Positions 1-9,078 of a stretch of 64,000 nucleotides of DNA are shown here, piece by piece. The notes under the pieces are model-generated. The model was not told the DNA's origin. It did not search any database and saw only the letters and a program-made list of their open reading frames with translations. Each line of letters starts with the position of its first letter. The stretch's first letter is position 1. Origin of the DNA: an uncultured Synergistaceae bacterium (GTDB lineage: Bacteria > Synergistota > Synergistia > Synergistales > Dethiosulfovibrionaceae); the NCBI GenBank assembly GCA_964622575.1, contig CAZUQW010000009.1, forward strand, positions 272-64,271, in the 5' to 3' direction. A program made the translations under genes and the position numbers.

Positions 1-10
1 AGAACACACA

Positions 11-56
11 CATCCCCCGTAAAGCCGGAGAAACGTCTCCAGCTTTACGGGAGATG
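11..56. repeat. REP-like/terminator-like palindrome, copy 1
   Basis: catcccccgtaaagccggag (11-30) pairs with ctccagctttacgggagatg (37-56), 18/20; related copy at 233-274. Confidence 0.75.
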
Positions 57-232
57 CGTCTTTTGGGACGTTTGGAAAAGCTTTTTTCTGAAAGAGTCCT
101 GAATGTCTAGCTAAATTTTGCATTCATGGGAGTGCTCCAACAATGAACAAGGTATATTGCCTTTGTAAATGTTACATTACCGTGGTTATTGAGGCATAAA
201 TACACAAAAGAAGCATAAAATTTTAAGAGAAG

Positions 233-274
233 TCCCCCGCAAAGCCGGAAAAGAGTTTCCGACGTTGCGGGGGA
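233..274. repeat. REP-like/terminator-like palindrome, copy 2
   Basis: tcccccgcaaagccggaaa-agag-tttccgacgttgcggggga; left arm nearly identical to 13-30. Confidence 0.75.
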
Positions 275-412
275 TTTTCTGTTTTAAAAGAACTCTCTTT
301 TGGAAAACCGCCGAAGGACGGGGTGAAGGTCGGCGTGTTCAATATGGCGTCGAGCCATACGAGACAAGCTCGGCGCTCTTGCGGCCAGAGGCTTTGCAAT
401 CGAAAACCGACA

Positions 413-1792
413 TTACGAGGCGCTTTTGGCGCTACGAGTGTTTTTCTCCTTCTCTTCTGTACGGCTGCTTTGCCATAAACTGTCCGCCACCGGTGCCCAG
501 AGGCGGGCATATTCGTCACACTTGGAGCACAGGTGTTCAGCCGATTCCGGTGACTGCAGGTCAGTGGAACGAGCTCCCGTCGCTGATACCATGGCGCGGA
601 GTTTCTGAGGATTTTCCAGCATGGGACAGGGGAGCAGCATGTTCTCGTTGAACGGTTGTTCCTTGTGGTAGGCCATCAGTAACGGCGACCGCAACGCTTC
701 CAGCAGCGTCTTGGTGCGGATGTTGGAATCGGAATAATGAACGAAAACGCATGGATCGATATCGCCGTTGGCGTTGATATGCAGGTAACGGCGTCCGCCG
801 GCGATGCAGCCGCCCGTGTATTCGGCGTCGTTCTGGAAGTCGATGGAGAACAGCGGTTTGGTGCGACGGTAGTGGCGGATGCGTTCGTAAATTCCTCGTC
901 GCTGCGCGGGCGTCGGTAACAGCTCCGGCACAGCATCGTTGCCGACCGGCATGTAGTGGAAGTACCAGATAAAGAAGGCGCCCATGGTGATCACGCTGTC
1001 ATAAAACGATTCTGAGGTGACCGATTCGTAGTTGGCGCGCGTGTAGCAGGTAGAGATTCCGTAGAACAGCTTTTTGCGGCGCAGGAGGTCGACCGCTCGC
1101 ATGACTTTTTGATAGACGCCGTGGCCGCGCCGGCTGTCGGTCGCTTCTTCGTCGCCTTCCAGCGAGATGGCGGGAACGAAATTTTTCACGCGCAGCATCT
1201 CGTCGGCGAAAGCTTCGTCGATCAGCGTGGCGTTGGTGAAGCAGAGGAAAACGCAGTCCGAATGCCGTTCGCAGAGGCGGATGATGTCGTTCTTTCGCAT
1301 CAGCGGCTCGCCGCCTGTGTAGATATACATATAAATGCCCAATTCCTTGCCCTGTCGAATGATCGCCTCGATTTCGTCGAGGCTCAGGTTCAGTCTGTTG
1401 CCGTATTCCGCCGCCCAACAGCCTTTGCAGTGAAGGTTGCAGGCCGACGTCGGATCCATGAGGATTGCCCAGGGAATGTTGCAGCCGTATTTCCGGCGGT
1501 TTTGTTCTTGAATGGGCCAGCCGCTCAAATTGGCGTTGATGAAGAAGTTCACTGCCAACGCTTTCAGAACGTCGGCATCCACGTCCGTCAAGAGCCGGCG
1601 AACCAGCGGATAATAGGGATTTTGTGGATTGGTGATCGCCTCTCTGACCACTTGACGCTGTGGCGCAAATTCGCCGGTGTCGAACCGATCGGCCCAATCG
1701 ATCAGCTTTCTGAGATTTTTCTCGGGCTCTTTAAACACGTACTTGATCGCTTCTTCGATGCCCAACTTCTTGATTGTCGTTAAAAAATCCAT
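413..1792 (-). CDS. Radical SAM protein with C-terminal SPASM/twitch-like domain
   Basis: CNLHCKGC (CxxxCxxC), YTGGEP, GCIAGG...GDIDPC, further Cys near C-terminus; start moved to ATG 1792 (MDFLTT) after GAAAGGAG RBS. Confidence 0.85.
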   Translation of the reverse strand: MDFLTTIKKLGIEEAIKYVFKEPEKNLRKLIDWADRFDTGEFAPQRQVVREAITNPQNPYYPLVRRLLTDVDADVLKALAVNFFINANLSGWPIQEQNRRKYGCNIPWAILMDPTSACNLHCKGCWAAEYGNRLNLSLDEIEAIIRQGKELGIYMYIYTGGEPLMRKNDIIRLCERHSDCVFLCFTNATLIDEAFADEMLRVKNFVPAISLEGDEEATDSRRGHGVYQKVMRAVDLLRRKKLFYGISTCYTRANYESVTSESFYDSVITMGAFFIWYFHYMPVGNDAVPELLPTPAQRRGIYERIRHYRRTKPLFSIDFQNDAEYTGGCIAGGRRYLHINANGDIDPCVFVHYSDSNIRTKTLLEALRSPLLMAYHKEQPFNENMLLPCPMLENPQKLRAMVSATGARSTDLQSPESAEHLCSKCDEYARLWAPVADSLWQSSRTEEKEKNTRSAKSAS

Positions 1793-2111
1793 GATAACAC
1801 TCCTTTCGTCCTTTTTCGGAATGGCATGAGTTTGACATGAATGCCGCTGCCCTTTTGGTAAGAGGTGGGCGCGCGTTGTCTTTTTCCGGAAAATGTAAAA
1901 AGCATCCGTCTCGTGAAGTGTGATGAACTTCGCCGATCTGGATGCTCTTGGTCGCGGGGACAAAACCGTTTTTTCCGGAGAGGCGTCAGCCGGCACCTTT
2001 GTGTTTTGCCCGGGAGGTGCGATTGAGCGCTCCAAAACATACGGCGTCGTTTTCTTTAAGATAATTATATCACATATGTACATATTTGCGGTTCATAATG
2101 ACGAATTGAAC

Positions 2112-2145
2112 AAAAAAGCAGCTTCTCCTTGCAAAGAGAAGCTGC
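2112..2145 (-). terminator. Intrinsic terminator downstream of C45 gene
   Basis: 10-bp stem gcagcttctc/gagaagctgc followed by T-run on minus strand. Confidence 0.7.
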
Positions 2146-2263
2146 CGTAAAATAGAATAAGACTGGAATTGGTCTGACTGCTGACTGAGCGGCGGGGCTT
2201 GAGCGAATTGCTGTAGATTGTTGCGACAGCTTCGCTGGCGGAGGACGTGGAGGAGAATATCGA
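2112..2263 (-). pseudogene. Degenerate copy of the Fe-ADH 3' end plus its terminator (direct repeat of 3588-3738)
   Basis: Translates SASEAVATIYSNSLKPRR vs ADH PATSEAVAKIYRDSLKPRH*; shared exact runs agaataagactg, aattggtctga, ggcggggcttgagcga, gcttcgctgg. Confidence 0.8.
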
Positions 2264-2348
2264 CTTTTCGTGCTGATATTCTGATTTGTGGCGAAGATCT
2301 GTGACTTGAGTCTTGGGGTCGATGATTTTTCTTTTTGTTTCTCCTTTG

Positions 2349-3353
2349 TCAAAAGGAAAAACGCTCGTCCTGATGGAACGGGCAACACTGCGGGTTACCT
2401 TCCGCGCGATAGATTTTTGTGTTCTCCAGGTCGTAGACGACTGACCATAGGGTGTCTTTGCCTGTTTCAAGGGGATACTGGCAGAGAAAGCCCTGTTCTC
2501 CGCGCAGCAGGCTTTGAGCTGAGTGTGCATCGGTGACACGTCCTTTTTCGAAAGAATCTCTCAGTGTTCGGTAGCGGCGTTCAGAGAACCACTCTTCGGC
2601 GGCGGCTTTCTGGCGGCCGTTGCTGGCGCTCAAGTGAAAGCTGTTGACGGCACAGAGAAAGTTTTTCGAGAGAGGAGAGACTCTAACATCTACATGGGAG
2701 GCGCTGCATTCGATTAAAGCGATTTTGCCTGAAGTATCGGCGACGATAAAGTTTTGCGACGAGCTGATGGGAATGTGGACAATGTTTTGAAGTACGTCAT
2801 CAACGGTGCAGCATTTTTCCAGAAAAAAACGCAGCAACAGGCCTGCGTTCATACCAGGCTTTATGTGACGCGGTAAAACTGAAGTGAGTCCGATGGCGAG
2901 GCCGCAGCTGTTGACGCCATCTTCCATCTGTACAAAACTGGTGGTGTTGGCATTGAAGCTCCACGAACAGTCGGGAAATCTGTAAATGACATTCATGCTC
3001 TGTTCTTTCAATGCTGAGAAAAAATCACTATTGCGCCCCAGAAGAATTTGTCTCTGAGTGGAAAGTGCAAAGCAGGAACAGTGAGTTCCCGGCGTCATGC
3101 AGTAAAGGCTGAAGAGAAGTGTTATCAGATTTTTAGAGGAACAGCCTTGTCCGTCGGCAATACCATGGATTTCTTCAAGGATTTCCGGAAAGAATTTTTG
3201 ATAAACAGGCATACAGGCTGCGGCGAAGTTGGCTGCTTCTTCGGAAAGCGAAAAAGGAATCTGTGCCAGCAGCGAAACATCTCTCTGAGCCAATTCTTCT
3301 CCCCATTGGCGGCCGATACGGTAATGCGTTCCCGAGAATATTTTGTGATTCAT
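2349..3353 (-). CDS. C45 family Ntn-hydrolase/peptidase (acyl-CoA:6-APA acyltransferase-like)
   Basis: HCSCFAL putative Cys nucleophile, GRNSDF, DGVNSCGLAIG; start ATG 3353 after AAGGAG. Confidence 0.75.
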   Translation of the reverse strand: MNHKIFSGTHYRIGRQWGEELAQRDVSLLAQIPFSLSEEAANFAAACMPVYQKFFPEILEEIHGIADGQGCSSKNLITLLFSLYCMTPGTHCSCFALSTQRQILLGRNSDFFSALKEQSMNVIYRFPDCSWSFNANTTSFVQMEDGVNSCGLAIGLTSVLPRHIKPGMNAGLLLRFFLEKCCTVDDVLQNIVHIPISSSQNFIVADTSGKIALIECSASHVDVRVSPLSKNFLCAVNSFHLSASNGRQKAAAEEWFSERRYRTLRDSFEKGRVTDAHSAQSLLRGEQGFLCQYPLETGKDTLWSVVYDLENTKIYRAEGNPQCCPFHQDERFSF

Positions 3354-3587
3354 GAAACAATGCTCCTTATTTTTGTAATAAGGAGCTGCCGGCAACTCCT
3401 GAACAGAAGGATAACGGAATAAAAAATTTATGTCAATGTTGTGATATTCCGTGAAAAGACGGTTGCTTCTTTAATTGAACTTTTCCGCAGAGTTTCACTG
3501 CCCAGATCGAAGCGTCAAAGGCGAAGAATTTTAAAATATCTCAAGAAAGCCGTTGGAACGAAGGCTTTTACGCCGGCGTTTTTCATG

Positions 3588-3621
3588 AAAAAACAGCTTC
3601 CCCTTGAAAGGGGAAGCTGTT
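3588..3621 (-). terminator. Intrinsic terminator of Fe-ADH
   Basis: aacagcttcccc-ttgaaa-ggggaagctgtt with T-run on minus strand. Confidence 0.75.
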
Positions 3622-3661
3622 GGAAAACAGAATAAGACTGAAAATTGGTCTGAATGCTGAC

Positions 3662-4879
3662 TTAGTGGCGGGGCTTGAGCGAGTCGCGGTAGATTTTGGC
3701 GACGGCTTCGCTGGTAGCGGGCACGGGTGCGATGTCGAGCAGTCCGCCCAGCGACGGCGTTTCGCGGGTGAGGCGCACGAGCTTTTCTACGTCGGCTTCG
3801 GTGTAGCCCATGTCGGACAGCTTTTCAGTGACGCCCATCTTGAAGAGCCACTGCTCCACGGCGTCGGCGGCTGCCGCAGCGTTGGCCGGGTCGGCGGTAA
3901 TATTTCCGGGCAGCATGGGGCGAAGCACGTCGATCAGGGTTTCCGCCACGGCGGGCCAGCAGGTCTCGACGACGGAGGGCAGGATCATGGCCAGCCCGAG
4001 GCCGTGGGTGAGGGTGGGCTTGATGGCGGAAAGGGGATGCTCCAAGGCGTGGGTGAAGTGCAGCATGCCGTTGTCAAAGGAGATGCCGGCGATCATGGAA
4101 GCGAAAAGCAGGTAATAACGGGCTTCGAGGTCATTGGGATTGGCGACGGCGCGGGGAAGGTACTTGTCCACGAGACGAACGGTTTCTTCGGCCAACAGAA
4201 TGGTGTAGGGCGAGGAGAAGATCTTTGAGGTTGCCGCCTCGACAACGTGATTGACGGCGTCGATGGAGACGTAACGGGTTTGGTTGGCGCCCAAGCCGGT
4301 CATGAGGGCTGGATCGTCGATGGCGTAGGTGGGATAAATGCAGTCGTAGGCGATGGCGGGCTTGAAATCCTTCTCGAGGATGGTGGCGACGGCAAAGCGG
4401 TCCACTTCGGTGCCGGTGCCGTGGGTCAGGTTGATGGCCACAATGGGCTTGGCCTTTTCGGGGGTAAAGCGGTATTCGTAGAGGTCGCGGGCGTTTTTGT
4501 CGGTGTATTCCAGCAGGATGGCCGCGCTCTTGGCCGAGTCGATGGGACTGCCGCCGCCGATGCCGAATACGGCCGTGGCGTTGATGGTCTTGCCCAAGGC
4601 TACGGCTTCGTCAATGCCGTCGACCGTGGGGTTGGGGGTGACTTTGTCGTAGTGGACGTAGTTGATGTTGTGCGCCTTAAAGGCTTTGAGCACGTAATCC
4701 CATGCGCCGGTCGCTTTGTAGGAGCCGTGTCCCGTCACGACCAGAACGTTTTTGACGCCCTTTGCCGCCAGAGCCTTGCAAATGTCGTCCACTTTGCTGA
4801 TGGCGCCGACGCCAAAATAGCACTTGGTGCAGGACAAAATTTCTTTGATCTCACGGATGTTGATGTTCTTTTCCCACAT
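3662..4879 (-). CDS. Iron-containing alcohol dehydrogenase
   Basis: GIGGGSPIDSAK, NLTHGTGTE, DAVNHVVEA, HALEH...HG metal ligands. Confidence 0.92.
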   Translation of the reverse strand: MWEKNINIREIKEILSCTKCYFGVGAISKVDDICKALAAKGVKNVLVVTGHGSYKATGAWDYVLKAFKAHNINYVHYDKVTPNPTVDGIDEAVALGKTINATAVFGIGGGSPIDSAKSAAILLEYTDKNARDLYEYRFTPEKAKPIVAINLTHGTGTEVDRFAVATILEKDFKPAIAYDCIYPTYAIDDPALMTGLGANQTRYVSIDAVNHVVEAATSKIFSSPYTILLAEETVRLVDKYLPRAVANPNDLEARYYLLFASMIAGISFDNGMLHFTHALEHPLSAIKPTLTHGLGLAMILPSVVETCWPAVAETLIDVLRPMLPGNITADPANAAAAADAVEQWLFKMGVTEKLSDMGYTEADVEKLVRLTRETPSLGGLLDIAPVPATSEAVAKIYRDSLKPRH

Positions 4880-4899
4880 GATACCCCATCCTTTTTATA

Positions 4900-4962
4900 A
4901 AGTGATAGCATTCACATGCTTGTGCCTGAAATCACAATACATCTTTCAAGGCGATCTGTCAA
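4900..4962 (-). promoter_or_regulatory. adh promoter (TTGACA-17-TATTGT) overlapped by two tandem Rex-like boxes
   Basis: -35 at 4957-4962, -10 at 4934-4939; 18-mers AAGTGATAGCATTCACAT (4900-4917) and TTGTGCCTGAAATCACAA (4920-4937) resemble TTGTGAAnnnnTTCACAA. Confidence 0.6.
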
Positions 4963-5024
4963 CCGTAAATTGTTATGGTGTTCCATTTTTCAAAAAGAAA
5001 AAACTGCGCCAACTGCAAAGAGAC

Positions 5025-5071
5025 AAAAATCCCGTTTCGGCACGCAAATTCGTGCTGAAACGGGATTTTTT
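5025..5071 (-). terminator. Terminator after rplS
   Basis: aaaaatcccgtttcggcacg...cgtgctgaaacgggattttt long stem with A/T flanks. Confidence 0.75.
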
Positions 5072-5085
5072 GATGACATAAGGAA

Positions 5086-5433
5086 TTAAGCGCGGCGCTC
5101 TTTGATGCGGGCGCTCTTTCCGCTGAGCTTGCGAAGGTAGTACAGCTTCGCGCGGCGGACGCGGCCGAGGCGCTTGACTTCAATCTTGGCGACGGTAGGG
5201 CAGTGAAGAGGGAAAATTCTCTCGACGCCGACGCCGTTGCTGATCTTGCGAACGGTGAAGCTCTCGCTGATTCCGCCGTGTTTACGGGCGATGACGACGC
5301 CTTCGAAGGCCTGAAGGCGCTCGTGGGCACCTTCGGTAACCTTGACGGAGACGCGGACGGTGTCGCCGGGGCGGAACTCAGGAATGTCGTTTTTCAGGTA
5401 TTTCTGTTCTACCAGTTTGACTCTGGGATCCAT
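5086..5433 (-). CDS. rplS: 50S ribosomal protein L19
   Basis: [43 protein letters not shown]. Confidence 0.98.
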   Translation of the reverse strand: MDPRVKLVEQKYLKNDIPEFRPGDTVRVSVKVTEGAHERLQAFEGVVIARKHGGISESFTVRKISNGVGVERIFPLHCPTVAKIEVKRLGRVRRAKLYYLRKLSGKSARIKERRA

Positions 5434-5460
5434 AATGGTAACCTCCCTGCTTACAAAAGT

Positions 5461-6600
5461 TTATCTGGAACCGAAAAAACGGTCCAGCGTAACGGAAACG
5501 AGAGCGGTGCGAGGCAGTGCTCCACCGGTGGTTTCCTGCGGGCGCATATAGGTGACTTTTCCTCCTGCGGGCGTGCCGAAGAGGATGAGCACGGGACCGC
5601 TGTGCTCAACCATCTGCCGCTTGGCTTCCATCCAGGGAATTCCCTGAGGAGACTCTGTGGCGACGGTGAGGAGAGGACCGTGTTCTTTTCGTTCTGCCCA
5701 CTGGCACATGCGGCGCACAGTGGGGACGACTTTGATTTCCGAAAGGGCGTTGAGTTTGTCGCGAAGAGCGTTGAAGTCATCGTAAACCTGTGGACAGACC
5801 ACGACGCGGCTGATGCCATAAGCCTTGGCTGTCTCGAGGAGCTGTGAAAGGTCTGCCGAGAGGTTGGCGTCGTCGCTGGAAAGGCAAAGGCCGAGATAGA
5901 CTTCGTCCTCAAGATATTCCATGACGTCGGCGCGGCTCAGCAGATCGGGACGACGTGACAGCGTTCGGGCGGCCGCTGTGCGCTTGCGCCATTTTTCGAT
6001 GAGCGCATCGTTGCCCGACGTCAGCACGGCGGGAACTTCCATGTTTTGCCAGACGGCGGGGCGCGTAAAGTGCGGCGTGTCGAGCATGCCGTTATAAAAG
6101 GAATCGTCGGTGACGGAGCTCTCTTTGCCGACGACGCCGGGAATGAGCCGCGAGAGGGCGTCGATCAGCGTCATGGCGGGAATTTCTCCGCCCGTCAGGA
6201 CGTAGTCGCCGATGGAATATTCCAGGTCGACGTGCTTTTGCACGAAGCGCTCGTCGAGGCCTTCGTAATGTCCGCAGAGAACCACCAGATGGTCCTCTCC
6301 GACAAGGGATTCCACAAGGTCTTGAGTGAGCACGGCGCCGGCAGGCGTGGGAAAGAGGGTTTTCATCCCCTCGGTTCTGACGGAGTCCAGCGCGTCTTCC
6401 AGCACCTCTGGCAAGATGGTCATGCCGCCCTTGCCGCCGAAGCTGTAATCGTCAATCTGCCGATATGCCCCCTTGGAGAAATCGCGGAGATTGACGGTAC
6501 GAACGTCCAGCAGGTCGCGCTCTACGGCGCGTCCGACGATGCTGGTGTGCAGAAAGCTGTCGAGAAAATCGGGAAAAGCGGTGATTACGGTGATTTTCAC
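5461..6600 (-). CDS. trmD: tRNA (guanine-N1)-methyltransferase with C-terminal degenerate SPOUT-like domain
   Basis: CGHYEGLDER, SIGDYVLTGGE, PHFTRP; GTG start overlapping rimM stop (GTGA); ~140 aa extension ending PVLILFGT...TLDRFFG. Confidence 0.93.
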   Translation of the reverse strand: MKITVITAFPDFLDSFLHTSIVGRAVERDLLDVRTVNLRDFSKGAYRQIDDYSFGGKGGMTILPEVLEDALDSVRTEGMKTLFPTPAGAVLTQDLVESLVGEDHLVVLCGHYEGLDERFVQKHVDLEYSIGDYVLTGGEIPAMTLIDALSRLIPGVVGKESSVTDDSFYNGMLDTPHFTRPAVWQNMEVPAVLTSGNDALIEKWRKRTAAARTLSRRPDLLSRADVMEYLEDEVYLGLCLSSDDANLSADLSQLLETAKAYGISRVVVCPQVYDDFNALRDKLNALSEIKVVPTVRRMCQWAERKEHGPLLTVATESPQGIPWMEAKRQMVEHSGPVLILFGTPAGGKVTYMRPQETTGGALPRTALVSVTLDRFFGSR

Positions 6601-7121
6601 AGTTCCCACAGTCCTTCAATGAGATGGAGCGTCACGCGGCGTTCCGCGAGGTCGGCTTTCAGAAAGAACTGCGGCGCGGCGGGGATCAGATGGTCTTTGC
6701 CGTCGTTGTCGCGGATGACCATCAGATCGGACGAGCCGTTGGCCACCATGTCTCTGACGGTGCCGAGATGCGCGCCGTTGTCGTCAAAGGCGTCAAGGCC
6801 GATGAGGTCGCTGATCCAGAACTCTCCCGGCGCAAGGGGAATTCGCTCTTCGGGAGGGATCTCCACAGTGCAGCCGCGAAGGGCGTCAGCCTGGTCCCGA
6901 TCGTCCACGCCCTGCAGGGACACGAGAAAATACCCTCGATCGGGAACGTCGCGGATCCCGCGGATGGCGTAGCTGCCCGCCGATTCTCCTTTTCGGTAGA
7001 GCGAAAGCTCCGCCATTGAAAGGAATCTTTCGGGAAAGTCGGTAAGAGGCTTGATTTTAAGTTCGCCGCGCACACCGTGGGCGCCCTGCACCTGGCCGAT
7101 GATGACTCTGACGCAGGACAT
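6597..7121 (-). CDS. rimM: 16S rRNA processing protein RimM
   Basis: IGQVQGAHGVRGELK, EFWISDLIGL, PRC barrel; operon position. Confidence 0.95.
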   Translation of the reverse strand: MSCVRVIIGQVQGAHGVRGELKIKPLTDFPERFLSMAELSLYRKGESAGSYAIRGIRDVPDRGYFLVSLQGVDDRDQADALRGCTVEIPPEERIPLAPGEFWISDLIGLDAFDDNGAHLGTVRDMVANGSSDLMVIRDNDGKDHLIPAAPQFFLKADLAERRVTLHLIEGLWEL

Positions 7122-7129
7122 GGAGCTCT

Positions 7130-7390
7130 TTACTCGGCGGCTTTCTCGCCGGTCTCGGCGACGTCCACTTCCACCTTGTCTCCACCTTTGACGGAGGAGA
7201 CGCGGACGATCTGGCGGATCGCGTTGATGGTGGCGCCGCGGCGGCCGATGACTCGGCCGGTGTCCTCTTCGGCCACGTGGATCAGCACGCGAAGGACGTC
7301 TTCGGCGTCTTTCTCGGCGGTAATTTCAACGGCTTCAGGCTTCGTTACAAGCGAAAGCGCGATGGTTTTGACCAGTTCCTGGTAATTCAT
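7130..7390 (-). CDS. khpA: KH-domain RNA-binding protein (KhpA/YlqC)
   Basis: DTGRVIGRRGATINAIR; between rpsP and rimM; start ATG 7390. Confidence 0.9.
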   Translation of the reverse strand: MNYQELVKTIALSLVTKPEAVEITAEKDAEDVLRVLIHVAEEDTGRVIGRRGATINAIRQIVRVSSVKGGDKVEVDVAETGEKAAE

Positions 7391-7395
7391 AAAAA

Positions 7396-7662
7396 TCACT
7401 CTGCCTTTTCAGTGAACTTTGCCCAGACGCCGGCCTTCTTGAGAAGGGCGCGCGCTGTGTCGGAAGGAAGGGCGCCGTTGCGGAGCCACTTCACGGCGGA
7501 TTCTTCGTTGATCTTGATCTCGGCGGGATCCTTCATGGGATCGTAGGTACCGAGCTCTTCGATGAAACGGCCGTCGCGGGGGCACCGTGAATCAGCCACT
7601 ACGAGACGATAGAACGGAACTTTTTTGCGGCCGTGACGGGAAAGACGAATTCTTACTGCCAT
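7396..7662 (-). CDS. rpsP: 30S ribosomal protein S16
   Basis: [42 protein letters not shown]. Confidence 0.98.
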   Translation of the reverse strand: MAVRIRLSRHGRKKVPFYRLVVADSRCPRDGRFIEELGTYDPMKDPAEIKINEESAVKWLRNGALPSDTARALLKKAGVWAKFTEKAE

Positions 7663-7728
7663 TGTTCAGTTACACCTCCTGAAGCAATTTGTTTATTAAA
7701 AATCCCTGTGAGGAATTTTCGCTGAAGT

Positions 7729-9078
7729 TTAACGGCGGAACATACCGCCGAGTCGGGAGAACATACTGCGTTTTCTGCCCATTTTTCCGAAGCGCTTCCA
7801 GAGCTCGTTCATCTGGTCATACTGCTTCAAAAGCTGGTTGACCATTTGGACGGTGGTGCCGGAACCCTGGGCGATGCGGCGGCGGCGGCTTCCTTTGATC
7901 ACCGCGGGGTTGCGCCGCTCTTCGCGCGTCATGGACTGGATGATGGCTTTCATGCGCAGCATCCGCCTGGCGTCCAGCGCCTCGGGCGGAAGGTCTTTCA
8001 TCTTGCCGGCGACGGCGCTGGGGAGCATGTCCATCACCTTGTCGAGAGGCCCCATCTTTTCGATCTGTTCAAACTGCGCCAGCAGGTCATCCATGGAAAA
8101 GCGCGCTTTTTGAAAGCTTTGGGCCATCTGGCGCACGTCGGCTTCAGTGGTGGCTTCTTTGATTTTTTCCACCAGGCCGGCCATGTCGCCCATGCCCATG
8201 ATGCGCTCGGCCATGCGGCGGGGATCGAACTGCTCGATGGCGTCAAGGCCTTCGCCCACGCCGGCGAATTTCACGGGAACGCCTGTGGCTGCGAGGACGG
8301 CCAGCGCGGCGCCGCCTCTGGCGTCGCCGTCCAGCTTGCTCAGCACGACGCCGGTGATGCCGAGGCGTTGGTTGAAAGCTTCGGCCACGTTGAGGGCTTC
8401 CTGACCGGACATGGCGTCAACCACGAGAAGGATCTCCTGCGGATGAAGCGTCGCTTTCATGTCGTCCAGTTCGGCCATCATCTCTTCGTCGACGGCCAGA
8501 CGTCCTGCCGTGTCGAAGATGAGCACATCGAGCAGGCGAGACGCGGCATACTCGAGGGCGCGCTTTGAAAGCGAAATGATGTCGTTTTCTCCGTCCTGTG
8601 GTCCGAAGAACTCAACGCCTGCCTGTTCGGCAAGGACTTTCAGCTGCTGCGCGGCGGCGGGACGGCGAAGGTCGCAGGCCACCAGCAGAGGCTTGTGGCT
8701 TTTCGAAAGTTTCTTGGCCAGCTTGGCGCTGCTCGTGGTCTTTCCGCCGCCCTGAAGGCCAACCATCATGACCAGCGTGGGCGGCTGCGAGGCGATGGAG
8801 ATGCCCTTGCTGCCCTCGCCCATGATCTTGGCGATCTCCTCGTAGACGATGGCCGAGACCTGCTGTGCCGGCATAATGGATTCCAGGACGTCGGTGCCGA
8901 CGGCGCGGAGGCGGATGTTCTCCACCAGCTGCTTTACGACTTTGTAGTTCACGTCGGCTTCAAGCAAGGCCCGGCGAATTTCGCGCAGTGCCTGCTGAAC
9001 GTCGTCCTCCGACAGTTTTCCGCGGCCGCGGAGACCGCTGAAGATGTTTTCCAACCGTTCTTTCAGTGTGTCAAACAT
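7729..9078 (-). CDS. ffh: Signal recognition particle protein Ffh
   Basis: GLQGGGKTT, DTAGR, SKLDGDARGG, M-domain RMAERIMGMGD; start ATG 9078 (MFDTL). Confidence 0.97.
   Translation of the reverse strand: MFDTLKERLENIFSGLRGRGKLSEDDVQQALREIRRALLEADVNYKVVKQLVENIRLRAVGTDVLESIMPAQQVSAIVYEEIAKIMGEGSKGISIASQPPTLVMMVGLQGGGKTTSSAKLAKKLSKSHKPLLVACDLRRPAAAQQLKVLAEQAGVEFFGPQDGENDIISLSKRALEYAASRLLDVLIFDTAGRLAVDEEMMAELDDMKATLHPQEILLVVDAMSGQEALNVAEAFNQRLGITGVVLSKLDGDARGGAALAVLAATGVPVKFAGVGEGLDAIEQFDPRRMAERIMGMGDMAGLVEKIKEATTEADVRQMAQSFQKARFSMDDLLAQFEQIEKMGPLDKVMDMLPSAVAGKMKDLPPEALDARRMLRMKAIIQSMTREERRNPAVIKGSRRRRIAQGSGTTVQMVNQLLKQYDQMNELWKRFGKMGRKRSMFSRLGGMFRR

Noticed and set aside
1793-2083. N-terminal extension of the rSAM ORF in the track (likewise ffh, hemC, cbiG, amidase, lysR)
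   Set aside because: Better RBS-backed downstream starts match the family N-termini; the extensions overlap promoters or neighbouring genes.
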